Part shown: positions 37,606-48,371 of the stretch, one piece after another
Position numbering within the stretch: position 1 is the first letter of the stretch
How the letters are laid out: each line of letters begins with the position of its first letter
Assembly (NCBI RefSeq): GCF_964213995.1
Contig: NW_027590219.1
Span: 496,001-560,000, forward strand
DNA length: 64,000 nucleotides
Direction of reading: 5' to 3'
Origin: Mustelus asterias
Taxonomy: Eukaryota
Program-made: the position numbers and the translations under genes
Notes under the pieces: model-generated
Told to the model about the DNA's origin: nothing
Database searches by the model: none
What the model saw: only the letters and a program-made list of their open reading frames with translations

Positions 37606-38523
37606 CTAGTTTAAAGTCTCTCCAGTAGCCTTAGCCAACCTTCCCGCCAGGATATTGGTCCCCCTGGGATTCAAGTGCCACCCGTCTTTTTTAAACAGGT
37701 CACACCTGCCCCTAAAGAGGTCCCAATGATCCAAGTACCCAAATCCTTGTCCCTTGCTCCAGTCCCTCAGCCACGCATTCATTCTCCACCGATTCCTGTT
37801 CTCACTCTCCCGCGGCACAGGCAGCAATCCCGAGATTACTACCTTTGCATTCCTCTTTCTCAGCTGTCTACCTAACTCCCTATATTCTCTTTTCATGACC
37901 CCTTCCCTCTTCCTACCTATGTCAGCAGTACCTATATGCATCACGACCTTCGGCTCCTCTCCCTCCCCCTTCAGGATTTCTGGGACTCGACCAGAGACAT
38001 CCCGGACCCCTGCACCAGGGAGGCAAACCACCATCCGAGAGTCCCGTCTGTGTCCGCAAAAACGCCTATCTGACCCCCTCACCGTCGAGTCCCCAATTAG
38101 CACTACCCTCCTTTCCTTACCCTTTTGCACTACTGGGCCAGGCTCAGCTCCAGAGACACTGCCACCGCTGCTTCCCCCAGGTGGGCTGTCCACCCCATTA
38201 GTACTCAGACAGGAGTACTTATTATTAAGGGGCACATCCACCGGGGTGCTCACCATCAACTGAGCTTTCTCCTTCCTCACTGTTACCCAGTTACCCTCCT
38301 CCCGTGGTCCCGGTGTGACCACCTGCCGATAGCTCCTGTCAATGACCTCCTCACTATCCCTAACCCGGCGAAGGTCCTCGAGCTGCAATTCCAGTTCCCT
38401 AACATGTTCCCTTAGGAACCGCAGCTCAACACACCCAGCACAGATATGGTCGTCCGGGAGGCTAGGAGCCTCCAGGACCTCCCACATCCTACATTGGAAA
38501 CAACATACTGGCCTCACACTCAT
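37606..38523 (-). CDS. LINE ORF1: zinc-finger/leucine-zipper plus SGNH esterase-like domain
   Basis: CxxC..CxxC, a heptad region (VRELELQLEDL), and LIGDS, PGA, HIGTAD and DGWHLN SGNH blocks. First ATG at 38523. Confidence 0.88.
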   Translation of the reverse strand: MSVRPVCCFQCRMWEVLEAPSLPDDHICAGCVELRFLREHVRELELQLEDLRRVRDSEEVIDRSYRQVVTPGPREEGNWVTVRKEKAQLMVSTPVDVPLNNKYSCLSTNGVDSPPGGSSGGSVSGAEPGPVVQKGKERRVVLIGDSTVRGSDRRFCGHRRDSRMVVCLPGAGVRDVSGRVPEILKGEGEEPKVVMHIGTADIGRKREGVMKREYRELGRQLRKRNAKVVISGLLPVPRESENRNRWRMNAWLRDWSKGQGFGYLDHWDLFRGRCDLFKKDGWHLNPRGTNILAGRLAKATGETLN

Positions 38524-38704
38524 AATTGCCCCTTTAAACACACAGGGAAAAAAAAGTGAATGAAAATTTTAAACTTACCTTTCCTCCTCCTGTTTTCTCC
38601 AAAGCCCTGCTCTCACTGGGTCTTTTTTTTAGGTTAGAGGAGGAGGGAGGGTGGGATACTCTACAAGTGTAGAGTATCGGGATTCCTCTCTGTTCCAATT
38701 TATT

Positions 38705-39670
38705 GGGGAAAAAAAATCTCTCTCTCCCAGACCTCCCTGCGCGACCACTTCCGGGTTTAGATATTTTTAAAGAAAAAACCCGTGAAAAAGTAAGTTAAAA
38801 ATAACAGCGCTTACCCGCAGCACTCCTCTCGCGAATCTCTCCCTCTCTGCTGCACTTCCAAGACGCAATGAGGCCGATTCACTGAGGTGAGTAACTTTTT
38901 TTAAAAAAAAAAAATCTCTCTCCCAGACCTCCCTGCGCGACCACTTCCGGGTTTAGATATTTTTAAAGAAAAAACCCGCGAAAAAGTAAGTTAAAAATAA
39001 CAGCGCTTACCCGCAGCACTCCTCTCGCGAATCTCTCCCTCTCTGCTGCACTTCCAAGACGCAATGAGGCCGATTCACTGAGGTGAGTAACTTTTTTAAA
39101 AAAAAATCTCTCTCTCCCAGACCTCCCTGCGCGACCACTTCCGGGTTTAGATATTTTTAAAGAAAAAACCCGCGAAAAAGTAAGTTAAAAATAACAGCGC
39201 TTACCCGCAGCACTCCTCTCGCGAATCTCTCCCTCTCTGCTGCACTTCCAAGACGCAATGAGGCCGATTCACTGAGGTGAGTAACTTTTTTTTAAAAAAA
39301 TCTCTCTCTCCCAGACCTCCCTGCGCGACCACTTCCGGGTTTAGATATTTTTAAAGAAAAAACCCGCGAAAAAGTAAGTTAAAAATAACAGCGCTTACCC
39401 GCAGCACTCCTCTCGCGAATCTCTCCCTCTCTGCTGCACTTCCAAGACGCAATGAGGCCGATTCACTGAGGTGAGTAACTTTTAAAAAAAAAAAATCTCT
39501 CTCTCCCAGACCTCCCTGCGCGACCACTTCCGGGTTTAGATATTTTTTAAGAAAAAACCCGCGAAAAAGTAAGTTAAAAATAACAGCGCTTACCCGCAGC
39601 ACTCCTCTCGCGAATCTCTCCCTCTCTGCTGCACTTCCAAGACGCAATGAGGCTGCACTTCCAAGACGCA
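38705..39670 (-). repeat. ~195-bp tandem monomers (about 4.8 copies) in the LINE 5' UTR
   Basis: cccagacctccctgcgcg recurs at ~38726, 38922, 39116, 39309 and 39505. CpG-rich, each with CCGGAAGT on the minus strand. Confidence 0.92.
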
Positions 39671-40129
39671 ATTGGATCAATAGTTGAGGCAGTGGCACAG
39701 TGGAATTATCACTGGACTCAGGGTAAGGCTCTGGGGACCCAGGTTCGAATTCCACCACAGTCAATGGTGAAATTTGTATTCAATTAAAATCTCGAATTAA
39801 AAGTCTAATGACAAACCTTAACCATTGTTGATCGTTGTCAAAACCACTCTGGTTCAGTCATGTCCTTTCGGGAAGGAAACCTGCCATCCTTACTTGGTCT
39901 GGCCTACATGTGACTCCAGACCCACAGCAATGTGGTTGACTCTCAAATGCCCTCTGAAATGGAGGGCAGTTAGAGATGGGCAAGAAATGCTGGCCCAGTC
40001 AGTGACGCCTATATCCAGTAAAAATTAATTTAAAAAAGTTCCTCAGTATCTCAGTAACCTCCTCCAGCCCCACAACACTCTGTGTAAATACAAGTTGTTG
40101 ATGATTATGCCCTGAGATAGAAAATGTGA

Positions 40130-40960
40130 ACCCGATTCCCCTCGTCCACCAACACAGCAACTTCTTCATAAAAATTGAAGCACATGGGATTGGGGTGAAT
40201 GTATTGAGATTGAAAACTTGTTGGCAGACAGTAAATAGAGTAAGAGTAAACAGGTCTTTTTCCAACTGGCAGGCAGTGATTATTGGGGTAATGCAGGATC
40301 AGTGCTGAGACCCCAGCTAGTCACCTGCCATGGGTCTTCTGTTTTTTTCCCCCCTTTTACAATGCATCATTTTTAAATTGTTGCTTCTTAATATTCTGAT
40401 TTAAAACCATGGATAAGCTCAAACCACTTTTGGATAACCTGTGACTCCCTGATCAAGAATCTTACCGACCACTGCATGCCATTTTGGTCACCGTATTATA
40501 AAAAAGATATCTCTGCACTGGAGAAAGGTACAGAGATGATTTTTAATGATGATACCAGAAATGTAGAAAGCAGCTCACCACCACCTTCTCAACGTCAATC
40601 TGAGGTTAGCAATAAATGGTGGCCAAGCCAGCGATGTCCACATCCCATAAATGATTTTTAAACTGTGTGTTTGGTTATCTATCAGGAAAGGATTGACACG
40701 CTCACGCTTTCTTGAAAAATTAAGGCTGAGGGGGAACCTAATAGAGGGATTCAAAATTATAAAAGGTTTTGAAATAATGTTTCTTCTTTTGGAGAAAGGC
40801 AAAACTGGAGACCATCAATACAAGACAGTCGCCAAGAAACCCAATAGGAAATCCAAGATAAATTTCTCCACCCAAAGAGTGGTGAGAATATGGAAATCAT
40901 GACCACAGGGAGTGAAATGAACAGTATCGATGTCTTTCAGGAGAAGCTCAACAAGTATTT
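40130..40960 (+). mobile_element. Degraded CR1 fragments
   Basis: KIEAHGIG, FWSPYYKKDISALEK, LRGNLIEGFKIIKGF, NFSTQRVVRIW. Confidence 0.65.
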
Positions 40961-41596
40961 GTGTGTGATTTTATAATTCATTCAGGATTTATTTCAAAAA
41001 AACTAAGAATAAAGTAACAGGAGATATTTTGAGGCATCTGAGAGTCTGTGTGTGTGTGAGGGTGTCTGTGTAAGGGTGTCTGTGAGTGTGTGTGTAAGGG
41101 TGTCTGTGAGTGTGTGTGTTACTTCTCATTGGTTTCACACCAACCTTCCTCTTTCTGAGCAGACATTCTGGCCCCTGATAAACCCATTGAGTGATTTGAA
41201 TGGTACAATTCAGAGATTCTTCATCCAGGCTGAAACCACAGGCTGACTGTGTGCTGTGTAAAACCTGACATCTACACAACCTAATCCCACTTCTCCTGGA
41301 ACAACGTGAAGTGACTACAATTTTCCAGATTGATTTCTTTGCTCTCAATATTCTTTCAGATAGTTCATAAATTCCATGAGTACGTTATCCTTTAACACAC
41401 CTGTGGTGTCCAGTTTAAATACTTTCCTCAGTCTGACCAACATATAGCAATGGGATTGTTGTTATTACAGGAATCCATTCTGTAAATCTGATTCCAAGGC
41501 ACTCTGGAGTAATGCAGTGATCCACACCTCCCCACTCAACACCAATCTATAGTTCCATCTGAGTTCCAGATTTTAACATGATTTTTCAAAACACAG

Positions 41597-41995
41597 GCAG
41601 CAGGGTGGCACAGTGATCAGCAGCGCCAGGGACCTGAGTTCAATCCTGGGCTCAGGTAGTACGAGTGAGCTTACATTAACACTGCAATGAAGTTACTATG
41701 AAAATCCCCTAGTCGCCACACTCGACGCCTGTTTGGGTGTACTGAAGGAGAATTTAGCACGGCCAATGCACCGAACCAGCATGTCTTTCAGACTGTGGGA
41801 GGAAACCTGAGCACCCGGAGGAAACTCATGCAGATACGGAGAGAACGTGCAAACTCCACACAGTCACCCAAGACCGGAATTGAACCGGATCCCTGGCACT
41901 CTGAGGTAGCAGTGCTAACCACCGTGCCACAGCTCTCTGTGTGGAGTTTGCACGTTCTCCCTGTGTCTGCATAGGTTTGCTCAGAGTGCTCCACT
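41597..41995. mobile_element. HE1-like SINE (41668-41929, minus) nested within plus-strand SINE pieces
   Basis: Head at 41597-41655 and core at 41934-41995 flank an inverted copy. Confidence 0.65.
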
Positions 41996-41999
41996 TTTT

Positions 42000-42310
42000 G
42001 GAAGGAGTAATTTGACAAGGAAAAATTCAATGAACGGCATGACACTAGTAAGCTCTGTGGAACAAAGGGACCAGGGTGTGATTGTCCATAGATCTCTGAG
42101 GACAGAAGTGTATGTTAGTAGGCTGGTGAAAAAGGCATGTAGGACACTTGCCTTTATCAATTGAGGTATAGATTACAAAAGCAAGGAAGTCATGTTGGAG
42201 TTGCATAGAACTGTGGTGAGGTCACTGCTGGAATACTGTGTGCAGTTCTGGTCGCCACATTATAAGAAGGATGTGATTGCATTGGAGGGGGTGCAGAGGA
42301 GATTTACCAG
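42000..42310 (+). mobile_element. CR1 RT C-terminal fragment
   Basis: LLEYCVQFWSPHYKKDVIALEGVQRRFT. Confidence 0.75.
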
Positions 42311-42837
42311 TGAAGGTGAGTTACAGATGAGAGGGACAGTGTCAAAAGAGAGAACCATTGACAATATTAGATAATGTGGGGAAGTTGGGTTATCAGTGGT
42401 TTAGAGGGTAAAGGGAGATGAAGGGAGGTCTCATGGACAAGATGAGCAGTGAGAGGGTTTGATGGGAGATAGCAGAAGAATTGGAGAAAGATGTGAGTTC
42501 AGTACTTGGAAAAAGGGAAATTTCAGAGAGAGTTTTGTCTGGTGGTCCAGTGGAAGGGAGGGAGGCAGCAGATCAGATTGTCTCAATCTTAGAGACAAAG
42601 AAGCTCCACGAGCTCCTCACACTTGTTGTTGAAGATGAGGACGGAGGAGACGGGAGAGAGGCCCTTCAAAAGGAGAACCATTCACAGATTTTTTAAAAAG
42701 ACAACAGACAATACATTAACACAAAGACGGTGTATTTGAATGTTGTCCAGAATATTCGCCTCTATAACTGGCCTGAAGTTTATTAACATCAGCAGGTGCA
42801 GACCACAGTGTGATTGACAACAACATCCAATCTCCAG

Positions 42838-43707
42838 TTATTTATGAACTTGCTGGTGTCTCAGCAATGCGGATGACTGAGTGAATCTCTTCCCACACTT
42901 GGCGCAGGTGAATGGTCTCTCCCCGGTGTGAACCCGCTGATGTACAGTGAGATGAGATGATCGCCTGAACCCAGTCCCACAGTGAGAGCATCTGAATGGT
43001 TTCTCGCCAGTGTGAACTTGTTGATGGGACACCAGTTCCTGCGAGGTTTTAAAACATTTCCCACACTTCAGACACTTAAACGGTCTCTCATCAGTGTGGC
43101 CTCTTTGGTGTGTAATTAGGATGGATGAATTAACAAATCCCTTCCCACACTGGGAGCAGGTGAATGGTCTCTGCCTCGTGTGAACTTGCTGGTGTGTCAG
43201 CAGGGTGGATTTGTGAGTGAATCCCTTTCCACACTCAGAGCAGGTGAATCGCTTCTCCCCGGTGTGAACTCGCTGGTGTGTCAGCAGCGTGGATGACTGA
43301 GTGAATCCCATCCCACACACAGAGCAGGTGAATGGTCTCTCCCCAGTGTGAATTAGTTTGTGTTTAATCAGGGTGGATGACTGAGTGAATCCCTTCCCAC
43401 ACAAAGAGCAGGTGAATGGCCTCTGCCCAGTGTGTGTGCGCTGGTGATTTTGCAGGGTGGATAACTTAGTGAATCCCTTCCCGCAGTCCGAGCAGGTGAA
43501 CGGCCTCTCCCCGGTGTGACCACGCCGATGGGTTTCCAGCTGGGATGGGTAATTGAATCCCTTCCCACAGACCCCACATTTCCACGGCTTCTCCCCATCA
43601 TGACTGCATTTATGTTTGAACAGGCCAGATGATTGGTTGAAGTCTTGTCCACAAACGGAACACGAGTATGGTTTCTCCCCACTGTGAACGGTGCTTTTTC
43701 CTTCCAT
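42838..43707 (-). CDS. C2H2 zinc-finger protein, 10 fingers ([13 protein letters not shown] subfamily)
   Basis: Intact ORF, first ATG at 43707. Polypyrimidine acceptor upstream at ~43815. Confidence 0.9.
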   Translation of the reverse strand: MEGKSTVHSGEKPYSCSVCGQDFNQSSGLFKHKCSHDGEKPWKCGVCGKGFNYPSQLETHRRGHTGERPFTCSDCGKGFTKLSTLQNHQRTHTGQRPFTCSLCGKGFTQSSTLIKHKLIHTGERPFTCSVCGMGFTQSSTLLTHQRVHTGEKRFTCSECGKGFTHKSTLLTHQQVHTRQRPFTCSQCGKGFVNSSILITHQRGHTDERPFKCLKCGKCFKTSQELVSHQQVHTGEKPFRCSHCGTGFRRSSHLTVHQRVHTGERPFTCAKCGKRFTQSSALLRHQQVHK

Positions 43708-44219
43708 GTTCAAAATCCGATGATATTCCGGTCACAAAAAATTAGGCAGCTCTGAGATCCTGATGTGGAATTTGGTTTCAGTTTCCCAACTGCAAATCCT
43801 AATCTTCTAAGACACTGTGAAATTGATTTAAAACAGAAAAAAAGGGAGTGAGAGAGAACACACAAAAACAGGTTGTGAAATTGAGCTGAATGAATGGGGT
43901 AATTTGTGGGGCCGGCATTAAGAAAAAGTGACCATGAAAACTGCTGGATAGTCATAAAAACCCAACTGATTCACTAATGTGCTTCAGGGAAGGAAACCTG
44001 CCGCCTGGTCTGGACTGACACATGAACCAATATCTATCGAAGGGGTGAGAGAGAGGTGGAAGAATCAGAGGGTTTCTCTACATCTACATCCTGACCAGAA
44101 CTCTGAGAGAATCTCCTAATCTCTCAACCTCCACCATTTAGCTGGACCAGGGTAGTAGGTGCATGTGAAGATTATCACCTCCTAGTTCCCCTCCAACTCA
44201 TACAACATCCTGACTTGTC

Positions 44220-45345
44220 TGACATCAATTACTGCATGAGCAGAAGTTTCCAGCATTTGAATATCGGGAAGACTGGAGTCATTGTCTTCAGTCCCCACTA
44301 CAAACTTCACCACCCTCACAACTGACTCCACCCTCTCCATGTTAAATATCTGAAGCTGAACTAAGTTGTTCACAACCATGGTGTCTTACTTGAGAAGAGT
44401 TTTAGACCACATATCCACATCATCATCATCATCACCAAAATCATCTATTTCCACCTCAGTAACATCCCCCAACTCTGCCTTAGCCTCAGTTAATCATAGA
44501 ATCTCTACAGTGCAGAAGGAGGACATTCGGCCCACACCGACAACAATCCCACCTCGGCCCTATCCCCATTGCCCCATGTATTTACCCTGCTAAACCCTGA
44601 CACTAAGGGGCAACTTAGCATAGCCAATCAACTTAATCCACACATCTCTGGAGTATGGGAGGAAACCGGAGCACCCGGAGGAAACCCACGCAGACACGGG
44701 GAGAATGTGGAGACTCCAGACAGACAGTGACCCAAGCTGGGAATCGAACCCGGGTCCCTGGCACTGTGAGGCAGCAGTGCTAACCACTGTGCCATCATGT
44801 CGCTGCAGAATCCATCATCCATTCCTTTCTTACCTCCAGACTAAACAATTCCAATACAGTTCCAACCGGCCTCCAACATTAAGCAACCCCCTCCAAACCA
44901 TCCTAAACTGCCCATATGCTTACTCACACCAAATCATGTTCACCCATCGCCCCTATGCTTGCTGATCTACAAATGCTTCCTTTTAAGAAGCATCAGAATT
45001 TTAAAATTCTCATCTTTGTTTTCCTCCATGGTTACAATCATTCCTGTGTCTGTAATCTTCTCCAGCCACACACTCCTCTGAGATCTCAACGATAATCTAA
45101 TTCCTCTTGAGCATTCTCAGTTTTAATCATTATACCATTACAAATCATCCTTTCAGTTGCACAGGCCACAAGCTCTGCAATCTCTTCTTCAAATCTCTCT
45201 GCCTGTCCATCACCTCTGCTTTCTTTAAAACCCACCTCTTTGACCAAACATTTGGTCACCTGTCCTAATATAGCTCAGTATCAAATGTCACTGTCTAATA
45301 TTTGTGAGAAAATGTCTGGGGCTGTTTTATTATGTTAAAGACACA
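44220..45345 (+). mobile_element. Degraded L2-type LINE interrupted by an HE1-like SINE (44495-44795, minus)
   Basis: LNIGKTGVIVF.. and FKILIFVF relics; SINE with CR1-type tail. Confidence 0.6.
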
Positions 45346-45469
45346 ATATGAATATAAATGATTGCAACTGCCCTGATATCGTTGTTCTCGTCAGTAAGAA
45401 ATTGGAAGTGAAAGGGTGAAGCAGGTCGATGGTCAAGTTATTCACATTCTGTCAGTGGTAATTCCAAAA

Positions 45470-46080
45470 CATTGCCCCAAACAAAGATGGCGACTGCGCA
45501 TGCGCCGTGTTGCTCGTGCGCCGACTGAAGACGGCTACTGCGCATGCGCCGTGTTGCTTGTGCGCCGACTGAAGACGGCGACTGCGCACGCGCCGTGTTG
45601 CTCGTGCCCCGATGACGATGGCCCTGATGAACCCGGGTCTGTAACTGGGAGAATGCTGACGCCCTGCTCTGCGCTGAGGGCCGGGACCATCCTCTGATAT
45701 CACTCAGTTCTTTTTAAGAGTTCGCAGCTTACGTAACATGTTTACGACGCCTCTCCAAACCCCCGCCTGGTCTATCGCGTCCTCCGCCCCGCCATTCCCA
45801 CCTTTACTGATTGTGGATCCGAGAAAGAATGTCTCCACCGCCATTAATCACACTGCGCATGCTTCACTCAGCCCCGCCCCTCATTCACTCCGATTGGTCG
45901 GAGGACCAGCAGCTCCCTCGCGACCGTCCAGCCTCCTCTCCTTCTATTGGCCCGGAGCTGCCGTCAATCAGTCCCCGGGCATTGTGAGGTGTCGGGTGAG
46001 AGGTCAGTGCCGGGGGGGCGGGGTTTACAATGAACATTCTCCACTCTCCCTGTCCACTGCTTCCGGCTTCTCCCCTCAAA
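45470..46080. promoter_or_regulatory. CpG-rich putative bidirectional promoter 4 with 3x44-bp NRF1 repeats
   Basis: AAGATGGCG (45484); TGCGCATGCGC units at 45486, 45530 and 45574; the ATTGG/GC-box cassette at 45850-45990 is the inverse of 29800-29925. Confidence 0.7.
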
Positions 46081-46371
46081 CCATCTCCAACAAAGAGAGA
46101 AGGGGACACGGTGACCGAGTGACAATGTCACTGCATTAGTAATCCAGAGAGACAGCACAATGTTCTGGGGACAGGACTTCAAATCCATTCAATTAATACA
46201 ATTTACAATTTAAATTTAGTCTCAGTGAGGGTGACTGAGGCTTCTCTGAGAAAATCTCCACACATTCCATTCTGGGCACAAGATTCAGATTCCTGTTTTG
46301 TCACAAGGTATGAATGAAATTATGTTCAGTTTATTATTTTTGTTAAAATTGGATTTTTTTGTTAAATTTGT

Positions 46372-46665
46372 CAGGTACAGTGGTTAGCACTGCTGCTTTT
46401 CAGCGCCAGGGACCTGGGTTCGTTTCCCGGATTGGGTCTGTGTGGAGTTTGCATGTCCTCCCCGTGTCTGCGTGGGTTTCCTCCGGGTGCTCCGGTTTCC
46501 TCCCACAATCTGAAAAATGTGCTGGTTAGGTGCATTGGCCATGCTAAATTCTCTCTCAGTGTACCCGAACAGACGCTGGAGTGTGGCGACTCGGGGATTT
46601 TCATGGTAACTTCATTGCAGTGTTAATGTAAGCCTACTTGTGACTAATAAATGGACTTTACTTTA
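46372..46665 (+). mobile_element. HE1-like SINE
   Basis: A/B boxes, core, aataaa tail. Confidence 0.85.
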
Positions 46666-47213
46666 AAAGGATCTGGAAAAAATTATCTAAAACTTAATTT
46701 GGATATCCAGAGAGTGTGTGGGACGGGAATTGACAGATTTGGGGGAACAAGATAGGATAAAATGTTCCAGAGAAACTAGAATTGTCTGTTAAGAGTTTCT
46801 GTCCTGGACTGACATTTGGTTACATTTGTAAACCCCATTGAAAGCATATTAGAAGCTGAGGATTTGTGGAGAAAATATTTAATTAAGGATCAATTCAGGG
46901 TCAAAGTCATTTGGGGAATGAAAGTGAAAAATATTCCACCAAATGAGAACTGTCTGTTCTGAATTTCCATCTTGTACTGACAGTGATGACTTTTTAAACT
47001 CCTTTATCAGGTTATTAGAAGCAGAGGATTTGGAGATAGGAAATGCAAACCAAACATCGCATCAACATCTGATACTCAATGAATCAGAGTGTGAGTATCA
47101 TTGGCCTTTGAATGTGGAGGGAAGATTGTTTTAACAAGTTGCATAGCCTTTAAAACATTTCAACATTTGAAGCAGATAGAATCCACGTGTACTATGTACG
47201 AGGCTTGAACTGA

Positions 47214-47840
47214 TCAACCAACCTGGAGAGAAACAAGGATACCAGCACCACAGGGAAACCGTGTAAATGTGGGGATTGTGGAAAGGGATTCAAATACCCA
47301 TCCCTGCTGGAAATTCATCGACGCAGTCACACTGGAGAGAAGCCATTCACCTGCTCTGTGTGTGGGAAGGGATTCACTCAGTCAACCACTCTGCTGAGAC
47401 ACCAGCGATTTCACACAGGGGAGAGACCGTTCCCCTGTTGTGTGTGTGGGAAGGGATTTGCGCAGTCATCTGAGCTTCTGATACACTGGAGAGTTCATAC
47501 TGGAGAGAAGCCATTCACCTGCTCTGTTTGTGGGAGGGGATTCACTCAGTTATCCCAGCTGCTGACACACCAGCGAGTTCACACTGGGGAGAGGCCATTC
47601 ACCTGCTCTGTGTGTGAGAAGAGATTCACTAATTCATCAAACCTTCTGACACACCAGCGCGTTCATACTGGCAAGAGGCCATTCATTTGTTCCATGTGTG
47701 AGAAAGGGTTCACAACTTCATCCAACCTTCTGACACACCAGCGAATTCATACCCGGGAGAAGCCATTCACCTGTTCAGTGTGTGAGAGGGGATTCAGTCA
47801 GTCAGCCCACCTGCTGACACACCAGCAAGTTCACAAGTGA
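47214..47840 (+). pseudogene. C2H2 zinc-finger locus, 7 intact fingers but family start ATG mutated
   Basis: Frame open from TGA 47211 to 47840. accATGgag is replaced by accACAggg at ~47250. Confidence 0.6.
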
Positions 47841-48371
47841 CTGAAGGGTTTGGATTCCACTGATGTTGCTGGCATTCACAATGCCCAGTACTGAACCATT
47901 TCATTCTGACAATTCAGGTTTCTTTATCTGATGTTACCAACCATAATTGGCTGATTATGTTCTTGGGCCTGCAGTCTCCCTTTCAGAATATGTGTCTATG
48001 ATCATTCCCCTGAATTCAGAGAATTCCACCAGCAATTATTTTCGCACAAGTATTAAACTTTTACTTGAATCCTAAATTGATCTTTGGTTCAAACTCTACA
48101 AATGTTTGAGAGGTTCCACTGATGAACATCTCCAATTAGAAAGTGCTGATTAATCCTTGCTGACAATTCTTGCTGACCTGCACATTACACACAGTGAGAG
48201 CTCCGTTATCCACCAGAAAGAAGGGGAATGGGAATTGATGGAGAATTGAGAGGCTCCAAATGTTACCCATCCCGTCTGGTACAGAAATCCCCTCAGCTCA
48301 GGAATGGAAAAAGTCCAATCGAAATAACAAACTTGTGTATATTCTTTCTGAGAATGTGGGGCTACATTATA

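Larger units (their letters stand above)
34606..39670 (-). mobile_element. Full-length, apparently intact CR1-clade LINE
   Basis: 5' tandem monomers, ORF1, ORF2, 3' hairpin region and (ttctatg)n tail. Both ORFs are uninterrupted. Confidence 0.95.

Noticed and set aside
35135-38415. Plus-strand ORFs inside the LINE
   Set aside because: Antisense shadows of ORF1/ORF2 with no independent motifs.
38532-38578. 47-nt GT-AG intron just before LINE ORF1
   Set aside because: Below the usual vertebrate minimum intron size.
46975-47075. Possible C/D snoRNA (TGATGA..CTGA) at the conserved acceptor
   Set aside because: It would straddle the intron-exon boundary and lacks a terminal stem.
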